64,000 bases of DNA from Dehalococcoidia bacterium (GTDB lineage: Bacteria > Chloroflexota > Dehalococcoidia > Bin125), in contig CAXXNO010000004.1 of NCBI GenBank assembly GCA_963663235.2, positions 320,001 to 384,000 of the forward strand, given 5' to 3'. Of the stretch, positions 39,656-48,198 are shown piece after piece (the first letter of the stretch is position 1; each line of letters begins with the position of its first letter). The notes below the pieces were generated by a model. The model was given only the letters and a program-made list of their open reading frames with translations, had not been told where the DNA came from and searched no databases. Both the position numbers and the translations under genes were made by a program.

Positions 39656-40840
39656 CTAGGCTCCAGCCGCGCCGACGATCAGCGCCGCGTTCTGGCCCGC
39701 GGCGCCATAGGCGCAGATCGCCGCGCAGAGGAGATGGTCGCGCTGCGGCTGCGCGGCGAAGTCCAGGGCGCAGTCGGGGTCGGACTCGCGGAGGCCGGCG
39801 TGTGGCGGCACCACCTGCTCGGCCAGGGAGAAGGCGGCGGCGGCGGCGGCCATCGCGCCGGTGGCTCCCACCGTGTAGCCCGCGACCGGCGTCACCGTGG
39901 TGACGTAGATGTCCAGGATGCGGGCGCCGAAGGAGCGCTCCAGGATATCGACCTCCCGCGCGTCGCCGGATTGCGTTCCCGTGCCGGCGGCGAAGAGGAC
40001 ATCGACTTGCTGGGGGCTGATGGCGGCGTCGCGCATGGCGCCCCCCAGGGCGCGGCGGGCGATGTCGACGTCGGTTGGGGGGTGGCCGTCGCCGCGGGGG
40101 CCGGCGGTCTCGGCGAAGCCGAGGATCTCGGCGTACATGCGCGCGCCGCGCGCGACGGCGACGTCGCGGTCTTCCAGGACAAGGACCGCTGCGCCCTCGC
40201 CGGGGACCAGGCCGTCGCGGAGGAGGTCGAAGGGACGCTGCGCGTCCAGGCCGTCCTGCGATGAGAGCAGCCCTGCGCCTTGGAGGGCGGCCCAGACCGC
40301 CGGAACCAGCGGCGCCTCGGCGCCGCCGGCGACCGCGACCTTGACGGCGCCGCTGCGGATGAGGGCCCGCGCCTGGCCGATGGCGATGAGGCCCGATGCG
40401 CCGTCGGCCGCGATCGTGTGGGAGGGGCCGGCGATGTTGAGGCCGGCCGTCAGCCCGGCGAGCCCGGTGCTGAAGAGCGCCCAGCCGGCCTCCCCCGCTC
40501 CGCCGCCGGGCCCGTGGGCGGTCCCGATGAGGGCGGCGACCTGGTGGGCGTTCTCGGGGGTGAGTTCGATGCGGGAGTCGGCGACGGCCTGAATGGCGGC
40601 GTCCAGGGCGAAGCGCGCACTGCGGCTGAGGCGATCGATCAACCCGGGCGGCAGGCCCGACGGTGCGGCATCGCCCTCCACCTGCCCGGCGACGGCGGGA
40701 CGGCCGGGGTCGAAGCGGGTCAGCGGCGTGGCGCAGAGGCGGGCGTCGAGCAGCGCCTTCCAGTAGTCGAGGGCCGTCGGGCCGGCGGCGCTGACAGCGC
40801 CGACGCCGGTCACCACGACGCGGGGCGGTTCCGGGTCCAT
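39656..40840 (-). CDS. Beta-ketoacyl synthase (FabF/KS)-like protein lacking catalytic triad
   Basis: RVVVTGVGAVS, AGGAEA, RPFD..RDG..PGEGAAVLVLE are retained; the TACASG, HGTGT and KS..GH sites read ADGASG, AGTGT and TPVAGY. Confidence 0.8.
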   Translation of the reverse strand: MDPEPPRVVVTGVGAVSAAGPTALDYWKALLDARLCATPLTRFDPGRPAVAGQVEGDAAPSGLPPGLIDRLSRSARFALDAAIQAVADSRIELTPENAHQVAALIGTAHGPGGGAGEAGWALFSTGLAGLTAGLNIAGPSHTIAADGASGLIAIGQARALIRSGAVKVAVAGGAEAPLVPAVWAALQGAGLLSSQDGLDAQRPFDLLRDGLVPGEGAAVLVLEDRDVAVARGARMYAEILGFAETAGPRGDGHPPTDVDIARRALGGAMRDAAISPQQVDVLFAAGTGTQSGDAREVDILERSFGARILDIYVTTVTPVAGYTVGATGAMAAAAAAFSLAEQVVPPHAGLRESDPDCALDFAAQPQRDHLLCAAICAYGAAGQNAALIVGAAGA

Positions 40841-40887
40841 GCACGCATGATCGCGGGCCACGGGGTGGCTGCCAAGTGCCGCATTCC

Positions 40888-40917
40888 TTGACCCGCCAGA
40901 TGGGGCGATGATAGGAT
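40888..40917 (+). promoter_or_regulatory. Promoter of hrcA-grpE-dnaK-dnaJ operon
   Basis: TTGACC-N18-TAGGAT with extended -10 TG, immediately upstream of CIRCE. Confidence 0.7.
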
Positions 40918-40924
40918 CGCGCTA

Positions 40925-40951
40925 TTAGCACTCTCACGGTGAGAGTGCTAA
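40925..40951. promoter_or_regulatory. CIRCE operator (HrcA binding site)
   Basis: Exact TTAGCACTC-N9-GAGTGCTAA 14 bp upstream of the hrcA ATG. Confidence 0.97.
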
Positions 40952-40965
40952 TAGCAGGGACGCCG

Positions 40966-41988
40966 ATGCAATCGGTGAGCAACCGCCGGGCCGGGATTCT
41001 GCGGCTGGTGGTGCGCGAATACGTGGATACGGCCGCTCCCGTGGCGTCCAAGACGATCTGGGAGAAATACGAGCTGCCGGCCTCTCCCGCGACGATCCGC
41101 AGCGAGATGCAAGCGCTGGAGGCGGCGGGCCTGCTGACGCACCCGCACACGTCGGCGGGGCGGGTGCCTTCGGACGAGGGCTACCGTTACTTCGTGGAGT
41201 CCTTGATGGGCCCCGAGGAGCTGCGGGACGACGAGAAGGCCACGATCCGGCATCAGTTCTACCAGGCGGCGCCGGAGCTAGACGAGTGGGCGCAGTTGGG
41301 AGCCGTCCTCCTAGCGCGATCACTGGGGCTGCTGGCTGTGGTGGCGCTGCCGCGCTCCGAGGAGGTGCGGATCCGCCACTTGGAGCTGGTGTCGCTCAAG
41401 GACCTACTGGCGCTGCTGGTCGTGGTGCTGCGGGAGGCTCGGGTCTTGAAGCAATTGGTGACGCTGGACGCCGTGGGCGATCAGGCCGAGTTGAGCCAGA
41501 TCAGCGCGCGGCTGAACGACCAGGTGGCGGGCAAGACGCTGAGCGAGATCCGGCAGCGGCCGCCGACGCTGGAGGGCTCCGGGACGGCCGTGGCGGAGGC
41601 GCTGGTGCAGTTGCTCGAGGATCACGCGCTGCGGGAAGGCGGCGCCCACGTGCAGGGGCTGGGCGACTTCCTGGAGCAACCCGAGTTCCAGGACGACCAC
41701 GAGGAGTTCGCTAACCTGATCGGCCTGCTCGATCAGCCCTCCTTCGACCGCGTCGTGCCGCTGGGCGCGCTGGCCGACGGCGGGGTGAGTGTGGTAATCG
41801 GCGAGGAGAATCCGGCGCAAGAGATGCGGCGGTGCTCCGTGGTGGTGGCGCCGTACAGCGCCGGGTCGCGGCATTCAGGCTTCGTCGGCGTCGTGGGGCC
41901 CACGCGCATGCGCTACGGCCGTGCGGTGGCCTCCGCGCGCTACCTGAGCTCTCTGCTGGACGAGCTCATGTATGACGTGTACGGCTAA
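40966..41988 (+). CDS. hrcA: Heat-inducible transcription repressor HrcA
   Basis: SPATIRSEM..LE..GLLTHPHTSAGRVPSDEGYRYFV, VIGEEN, VVGPTRMRY. Confidence 0.96.
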   Translation: MQSVSNRRAGILRLVVREYVDTAAPVASKTIWEKYELPASPATIRSEMQALEAAGLLTHPHTSAGRVPSDEGYRYFVESLMGPEELRDDEKATIRHQFYQAAPELDEWAQLGAVLLARSLGLLAVVALPRSEEVRIRHLELVSLKDLLALLVVVLREARVLKQLVTLDAVGDQAELSQISARLNDQVAGKTLSEIRQRPPTLEGSGTAVAEALVQLLEDHALREGGAHVQGLGDFLEQPEFQDDHEEFANLIGLLDQPSFDRVVPLGALADGGVSVVIGEENPAQEMRRCSVVVAPYSAGSRHSGFVGVVGPTRMRYGRAVASARYLSSLLDELMYDVYG

Positions 41989-42040
41989 CGCCGCGGCCCG
42001 CGGCCCTGTGTTTGCCCCCTGTTGAAAGAACTGGAACGAG

Positions 42041-42679
42041 ATGGCAGAGACTCAGCCCCTCGGCGATGACCGCTTGCCGGGCGGAAGCGTTGAGGAGTCC
42101 GAGGAGGGCGGCCGCGAGCAGCCGGGCAGCACCAAGGCGGCTGGCGAGCCGGCCGGCGTGACGGCGGCACGGCTGGCGGCCGAGCTGGCGGAAGTGCGCG
42201 CGGAGCTGGACGAGTCGAAGGCGCTGGCCGAGCAGCGGCTCGGCATGGCGCAGCGCTCCCAGGCCGATTACCAGAACCTGAAGAAGCGGGCCGCCCAGGA
42301 GACGCTGGATCGCAGCGGCATGATCGCCGAACGGATGCTGGCGGAGCTACTGCCGCTGGTGGATGACGTGGAGCGGGCGCTGGCCAGCGACGTGGAGCGG
42401 GACCCCACGGCCTGGCTGCAGGGCATGCAGATGATCCAGCAGAAGTTTTTCCACTACCTGGAGCAGATGGATGTCCACCCCATCGCCGCCGAGGGTCAGC
42501 CGTTCGATCCGAACTTCCATGAGGCCGTGGGTGAGGTGGCGGGTCCGGCCGGGCAGGTGATGACGCAGGTGCAAAAGGGCTACTTACTGGGACGGCGCGT
42601 GCTGCGTCCCGCCCGCGTCTTGGTAGGGCGCGACGCGAGCGCTGCGCCGGAGAGTGACAACGACGCAGCCCAGCCGTGA
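42041..42679 (+). CDS. grpE: Nucleotide exchange factor GrpE
   Basis: RSQADYQNLKKR, LLPLVDDVERAL, FDPNFHEAV, QKGYLLGRRVLRPARV. Confidence 0.95.
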   Translation: MAETQPLGDDRLPGGSVEESEEGGREQPGSTKAAGEPAGVTAARLAAELAEVRAELDESKALAEQRLGMAQRSQADYQNLKKRAAQETLDRSGMIAERMLAELLPLVDDVERALASDVERDPTAWLQGMQMIQQKFFHYLEQMDVHPIAAEGQPFDPNFHEAVGEVAGPAGQVMTQVQKGYLLGRRVLRPARVLVGRDASAAPESDNDAAQP

Positions 42680-42704
42680 GGGCTGAAGGACGGGAAGGGT
42701 TGAG

Positions 42705-44706
42705 ATGGGCAAAGTAATTGGGATCGACCTCGGGACCACGAACTCCGTGGTGGCCGTGATGGAAGCGGGCGAACCGATCGTCGTCCCCAATCAGGAAGGC
42801 GGCCGGACCACCCCGTCGGTCGTGGCGATTGGGAAGGGCGGCGAGCGGCTGGTGGGCACCGTGGCGAAGCGGCAAGCGATGACGAATCCGGACAACACGG
42901 TGTTCAGCGTGAAGCGGCTGATGGGGCGTCGCTTCGAGGATCCCCACGTGCAGCAAGATCTCCAACTGCTGCCGTACAAGGTGGTCCAGGCCAAGAACGG
43001 CGACGCCTGGGTCAAGATGGGCGACACCGAGTACGGGCCGCCCGAGATCTCGGCGATGATTCTGCAGAAGCTCAAGCAGGACGCCGAGGCTTACCTGGGG
43101 GAGCCGGTGACCGAGGCCGTGATCACCGTGCCCGCCTACTTCGACGACAGCCAGCGCAACGCCACCAAGGATGCCGGCAAGATCGCCGGCTTGGAGGTGC
43201 TGCGCATCATCAACGAGCCGACGGCGGCCTCGCTGGCCTACGGCCTGGAGAAGAAGCACGAGCACCACCTGGCGGTGTACGACCTGGGCGGCGGCACCTT
43301 CGACATCTCCATCCTGGAGCTGGGCGAGGGGACCTTCCAGGTCAAGTCCACCAACGGAAACACGCACCTGGGGGGCGACGACTTCGATCAGCGGATCATC
43401 GATTTCCTGGTGGCGGAGTTCAAGAAAGAGCAAGGCATCGATCTCAAAGAGGACCGGCCCGCGATCCAGCGCCTGAAGGACGCCGCGGAGCGGGCGAAGA
43501 GCGAGCTGTCGACCACCCAGTCGACGGAGATCTCGCTGCCGTACATCACCGCGGACGCGAGCGGCCCCAAGCACTTCAGCCACACGCTGACGCGAGCCAA
43601 GCTGGAGCAACTCACCGAGGAACTCGTCGACTCCACGCTGGGCCCCTGCCGGGCGGCGCTGGCAGACGCCGGCGCGAGCGCCGGCGAGATCGACGAAGTG
43701 GTGCTGGTGGGCGGGCAGACTCGCATGCCGCTGGTGCAGCGGAAGGTCCAGGAGTTCTTCGGCAAGGAGCCCAACCGGGGGGTCAACCCGGACGAAGTGG
43801 TAGCCATTGGGGCGGCGATCCAGGCCGGCGTGCTGAAGGGCGACGTCAAGGATGTGCTGCTCCTAGACGTGACGCCGCTGACGCTGGGCATCGAGACGTT
43901 GGGCGGAGTGCGGACGTCGCTGATCGAGCGCAACACGACTATTCCCGCCAGCAAGAGCCAAGTCTTCTCGACGGCCTCGGACAGCCAGCCACAGGTGGAG
44001 ATCCACGCGCTCCAGGGGGAGCGGGACATGGCGGCGGACAACAAGTCGTTGGGCAAGTTCATCCTGGACGGGATCTTTCCCGCGCCGCGGGGCGTGCCGC
44101 AGATCCAGGTGACATTCGACATCGATGCGAACGGAATCCTTAACGTGCGCGCCGTCGATGAGGGCACGGGCAAGGAGCAGAAGATCACCATCACCGCCGC
44201 CTCCGGCCTGAAGCAGGAAGAGGTGGAGCAGATGCGCCAGGAGGCGGAGTTGCACGCCGAGGAGGACCACAAGCGGCGTGAAGCGATTGAGCTCCGGAAT
44301 GTGGCGGACAACGCGGCGTATCGTGCGGACAAGCTGATCCAGGACCAAGCGGACAAGCTGGATGATCCGATGAAAGCGGAACTGCAAGGGAAGATCCAGA
44401 GCGTGCGTGACGCCCTAGGGGCCGAGGAAGTCGACAGCGAGCGCCTGCGCACGGCCCTGGACGACCTCAACACGGCGCTGATGCAAGTTGGCGAAAAGAT
44501 CTACGCCGCCGGCGCGGCGGCGGAGCCGGCGGAGGCGGGTGAGGCGGGCGGTGAGGCGGGTGAGGCGGGCGGTGAGGCGGGTGGCGGGCGGTGAGGCGGG
44601 GGAGTCGGGCGGTGAGGCGGGGGAGTCGGGCGGTGAGGCGGGCGGTGCGGCGGGGAAGTCGGGCGAAGAGGCCGGCACCGTTGAGGGCGAGTTCCGTGAG
44701 GTCTAA
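42705..44706 (+). CDS. dnaK: Chaperone DnaK (apparent 2-nt deletion near 44583 in C-terminal repeat)
   Basis: [30 protein letters not shown]. The main frame stops at 44594, but the conserved tail TVEGEFREV* lies in another frame ending at 44706. Confidence 0.96.
44538..44670 (+). repeat. Coding low-complexity repeat (GGTGAGGCG / GG(T/G)GAG(G/T)CGGGC units; GEAG/GESG)
   Basis: Alternating 9- and 12-bp units in the dnaK tail; one unit (44580-44589) lacks AG. Confidence 0.85.
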
Positions 44707-44793
44707 TGGGCCGTAGCGAAGCAGCGGCTGGACGCTAGACTGGTCTTAGGCATGCGGCGGCAGGGGCCCGCAGTCTGACGGGATCGGAAGTCA

Positions 44794-45912
44794 GTGACCA
44801 CCGCACCCCACCGCGACCCGTACGAAATCCTCGGTGTGCCGCGTACGGCGAGCGGCGAAGAGATCAAGAGCGCCTTCCGCAAGTTGGCGATGCAGTACCA
44901 CCCGGACCGCAATCCGGATGCGGACGCGACGGAGCGCTTCAAGACGATTGGGGCCGCCTACGAGATCCTCTCCGATCCGGAGAAGCGCGCGAAGTACGAC
45001 CAGTTCGGCGCGGCGGCGGACTTCGGCCAGGGGGTTGGCTTTGAAGGGTTCGACTTCGGCGGCTTCGGCGATATTTTCGAGGCGTTCTTCGGTGGACGGC
45101 GCACGCGCGGTGGTCCGCTGCGCGGGGCTGATCTGCGCGCCCACGTGGACCTGGGGTTCGCGGAAGCCGTGTTCGGGGCGGAGCGGGAACTCCACATCAG
45201 CCGGCTGGAGGCGTGCGCGACCTGCGGGGGGTCGGGCGCGGAACCGGGCTCCGAGCGGGTCACCTGCCCCCAATGCCGGGGCGCCGGGGAGATCCGTCGG
45301 GCGCAGCACAGCGTGTTCGGGCAGTTCGTGAACGTGGCGACGTGCGACCGCTGCGAGGGAATGGGGACGGTGGTGGCCCAACCCTGCAAGAGCTGCGGTG
45401 GGGCGGGCCGGGAGCGCCGGAATCGCCGCCTGAAGGTGAAGGTCCCGGCCGGAATCGACAGCGGATCGCAACTGCGGCTCTCCGGGGAAGGCGAAGCGGG
45501 CTTGCGCGGGGGACCCCACGGAAACCTCTACGTGGACCTCCGGGTGAAGCCGGACCCGCTCTTTCGGCGGGAGGGGGAAGACCTGCTGCTTGAGCTTCCG
45601 CTGAACATGGCCCAGGCGGCGCTGGGCGCACAGGTGGAGGCGCCCACCTTGGAAGGTGACAGCGTGTCCCTGGAGATCCCAGCGGGCACGCAGCACGGAA
45701 AGGCGTTCCGCGTACGCGGGCGGGGTGTGCCGCACCTGCGCGGTCGTGCCCGCGGCGACCTGATCGTGCGGGCCGTGGTGCACGTGCCCACCAAGCTGAC
45801 GCCCGAGCAGCGAGAACTCTTGCAGCAACTGGACGAATCGCTGGGGCCGCCGACCACGGACGGCCAGGAGTCCGGCTTCTTCTCCCGGCTCAAGGATGCC
45901 TTCACCACCTAG
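44794..45912 (+). CDS. dnaJ: Chaperone DnaJ
   Basis: J-domain with HPD, G/F region, four CxxCxGxG repeats, C-terminal domain. Confidence 0.97.
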   Translation: MTTAPHRDPYEILGVPRTASGEEIKSAFRKLAMQYHPDRNPDADATERFKTIGAAYEILSDPEKRAKYDQFGAAADFGQGVGFEGFDFGGFGDIFEAFFGGRRTRGGPLRGADLRAHVDLGFAEAVFGAERELHISRLEACATCGGSGAEPGSERVTCPQCRGAGEIRRAQHSVFGQFVNVATCDRCEGMGTVVAQPCKSCGGAGRERRNRRLKVKVPAGIDSGSQLRLSGEGEAGLRGGPHGNLYVDLRVKPDPLFRREGEDLLLELPLNMAQAALGAQVEAPTLEGDSVSLEIPAGTQHGKAFRVRGRGVPHLRGRARGDLIVRAVVHVPTKLTPEQRELLQQLDESLGPPTTDGQESGFFSRLKDAFTT

Positions 45913-46840
45913 GCGCGCCCGTGCTCCGCGGCGGCGTCCCGCTGCCGCCGGGGCGCTGGTGGAGGTGAGCGTCCGGGTGCCGGTGGCCGAAGCGGATCGA
46001 GCGGCTGCGGTGCTGCGGCCGTTCGCGCCGTCCGGCGCGGCGATCGATCTGCCTTTCGTCCAGGGTGAGGACTTCGGCGCCGCCGCGATTGACCCTGAGG
46101 GGCGGGCGCGCGTCCGCTGCTACTTTCCCGCCGGCGACTGGGCCTCCTTGCGGCCGCGGGTCCGCCGCGCCCTGGATCGCGCGGAGTGGACCGAGGCGCC
46201 GCCGCGGCTGGCCAGCCGACGGCTGCGGGCGCGCGATTGGGCCGGCGCCTGGCGGGCGCAGGCGAAGATCGAGCGGTTTGGGCGTCTGGTGATCCGGCCC
46301 ACATCGGTGCGCTACCGGCGGCGCGCCGATGACGTTGTCGTGGACCTGGATCCCGGTATGGCGTTCGGGACGGGGTCGCACCCCACGACCGGGATGGCGC
46401 TGGCTGCGCTGGAACGCTGCGTCCGGCCTCGTCAGCGGGTGCTGGACGTCGGGACCGGTTCGGGCATCCTAGCCCTGGCCGCCGCGCGGCTGGGCGCCGT
46501 GCGGGTGGACGCCGTGGACATCGACCCTTTGGCCGTGGAGGCGGCGCGCGGCAACGTGGAGCGCAACGCGCTGGCCGAAGTGGTGACGGTGTATGAGGGC
46601 CGCCGGCCCGCCCGCCGGCGTTACGACGTGGTGGTAGCCAACATCACCGCCCACACCATCGTCGCGCTGGCGCCGGAGTTGGCGGCCGCAACGCGCGTGG
46701 GGGGCCTCTGCCTGCTGGGCGGCTTCACCGCTCCCCAGGCGGCCGGGGTCCGGCGCGCCGCGGCGGCGGCCGGGCTGCGGCCCGAGGAAACGTGCCGAGA
46801 CGGCGACTGGCGCAGTCTGCGGACGGTGCGGCCGGGTTAG
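45896..46840 (+). CDS. prmA: Ribosomal protein L11 methyltransferase
   Basis: [39 protein letters not shown]; follows dnaJ. Start uncertain (45896 or GTG 45959). Confidence 0.9.
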   Translation: MPSPPRRARAPRRRPAAAGALVEVSVRVPVAEADRAAAVLRPFAPSGAAIDLPFVQGEDFGAAAIDPEGRARVRCYFPAGDWASLRPRVRRALDRAEWTEAPPRLASRRLRARDWAGAWRAQAKIERFGRLVIRPTSVRYRRRADDVVVDLDPGMAFGTGSHPTTGMALAALERCVRPRQRVLDVGTGSGILALAAARLGAVRVDAVDIDPLAVEAARGNVERNALAEVVTVYEGRRPARRRYDVVVANITAHTIVALAPELAAATRVGGLCLLGGFTAPQAAGVRRAAAAAGLRPEETCRDGDWRSLRTVRPG

Positions 46841-47982
46841 CCGCCGACCGCCACGTCCACCGTCCCCGCCGGCCCGATGGCGGTGGCGGGATCGAACTCC
46901 TGCGCGGGGTCCGGCACGTCCTGATCCCGGATCCATTGCACCGGGTCGACGGGGATCCCGTGCACGACGATCTCCCAATGGAGATGGGGGCCGGTGGCGA
47001 GCCCGGTGGCGCCGACGCGGCCCAGGGGGGCGCCGCTGATGACCACGGAGCCAGGCGTCACTAAGACCTCTGAGAGATGGTAGTAGGCGCTGAAGATCCC
47101 TCCGCCGTGGTCGATGACGATGCCATTGCCGCGCCGGCGCGTCTGGCCGACCCAAGCGACGACGCCGGCGTTCGGCGCCAGGACGGGGTCCCCGCTGTCG
47201 CCGGCGAAGTCCAGGCCCTGGTGGTACTCCGAGGGCTCGGCGAAGTTGTAGGAGCGCAGCAGGCCGAAGCTGGAGGTGATGACTCCGGCCGCCGGCAGGT
47301 CGAAGAGCCCGCTCCAGTGCCGCTCGGGCGTGAGACGGCGCTCCACACTCTCGCGGATGGCTGTGTCTTCGGCGATGACGGCCGGGTCCAGGAGCGCTTG
47401 ATTGCTCGCGTCCAGCTCCACCACCTCGATCTGCCAGGCGGCGTCGGTGACGGTGATCAGGGTTTCGCGTCGCAGGACCTGGCGGCCGGCGGCATCGGAG
47501 ACGGAGATGACGACCGGTGTGGGACCGAGGGGGGAGAGCGCGTCCACCGGGAGGATGGTGAAGAAGCGGTCCCCTTCCCGGAGGAGGGTGAAGATCTGGC
47601 CGTTGTAGGCCGTGGAGGCGAAGCCCGCGCCGGGAGCATCGACGGCGATCAGGAATGCCGCGCCTTGGCGGACCTCCTGCGGCACCACGTAGATGCGCGG
47701 CTCGCCCTCCAGGCGCTCGGCTGTCTCCTCAGTGGGTCCGATCTGCACCGTGGCCGGAGGAGCGGGGGGCTCGCGGTCCAGGGCGGGCTCCTCCTCGGCG
47801 ACGGATTGATCGAGGGTCGGATCCGCCGCTTGAGGGGACGGCTCGCTTGGGGCGGGCCCGGCCGGGTCGTCGGCACCGCCGCAGGCCGCCGCGGCGAGCG
47901 CTATCAGTGCGGCGGCCGTGAGGGCAGCGAGGACGACGCTGCGTCGCGGTCTGGGGAACCGTGTCGAGCGCAGCACGGTCAC
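46837..47982 (-). CDS. M23 family metallopeptidase, predicted lipoprotein
   Basis: RR-containing signal peptide with lipobox-like AAAC; HQGLDF (HxxxD), YYHLS, GATGLATGPHLHWE (HxH). Confidence 0.9.
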   Translation of the reverse strand: MTVLRSTRFPRPRRSVVLAALTAAALIALAAAACGGADDPAGPAPSEPSPQAADPTLDQSVAEEEPALDREPPAPPATVQIGPTEETAERLEGEPRIYVVPQEVRQGAAFLIAVDAPGAGFASTAYNGQIFTLLREGDRFFTILPVDALSPLGPTPVVISVSDAAGRQVLRRETLITVTDAAWQIEVVELDASNQALLDPAVIAEDTAIRESVERRLTPERHWSGLFDLPAAGVITSSFGLLRSYNFAEPSEYHQGLDFAGDSGDPVLAPNAGVVAWVGQTRRRGNGIVIDHGGGIFSAYYHLSEVLVTPGSVVISGAPLGRVGATGLATGPHLHWEIVVHGIPVDPVQWIRDQDVPDPAQEFDPATAIGPAGTVDVAVGG

Positions 47983-48146
47983 AGTTGTCTCAGTGTACGG
48001 GGGAGGGCGATATCCTCAACCGGGACCCGTGGCCGAACGGGGCGCGAGGTGCTGATCTGGTCCGGCTCGTCCGCCGCCACGTCCCAGCGCTCGGCCCCCA
48101 CGGTGAGCCGGTCGACGCCGGGGCGCTCGCGCAGGGCGTCCAGCAC
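47979..48146 (-). CDS. Small hypothetical protein (~55 aa)
   Basis: GC3-rich open frame fills the dnaE-M23 gap; its TGA overlaps the M23 GTG (GTGA). Start uncertain; the frame is open up to 48230. Confidence 0.45.
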   Translation of the reverse strand: MLDALRERPGVDRLTVGAERWDVAADEPDQISTSRPVRPRVPVEDIALPRTLRQL

Positions 48147-48198
48147 GGCTAGGGCCTGCTCCAGCGTGGGCGTATCGCGATCGAGGGGGGCGAGCGCG

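Noticed and set aside
44538-44670. G-rich repeat as a separate element or G-quadruplex regulator
   Set aside because: Fully explained as the GEAG/GESG low-complexity linker of the DnaK C-terminus.
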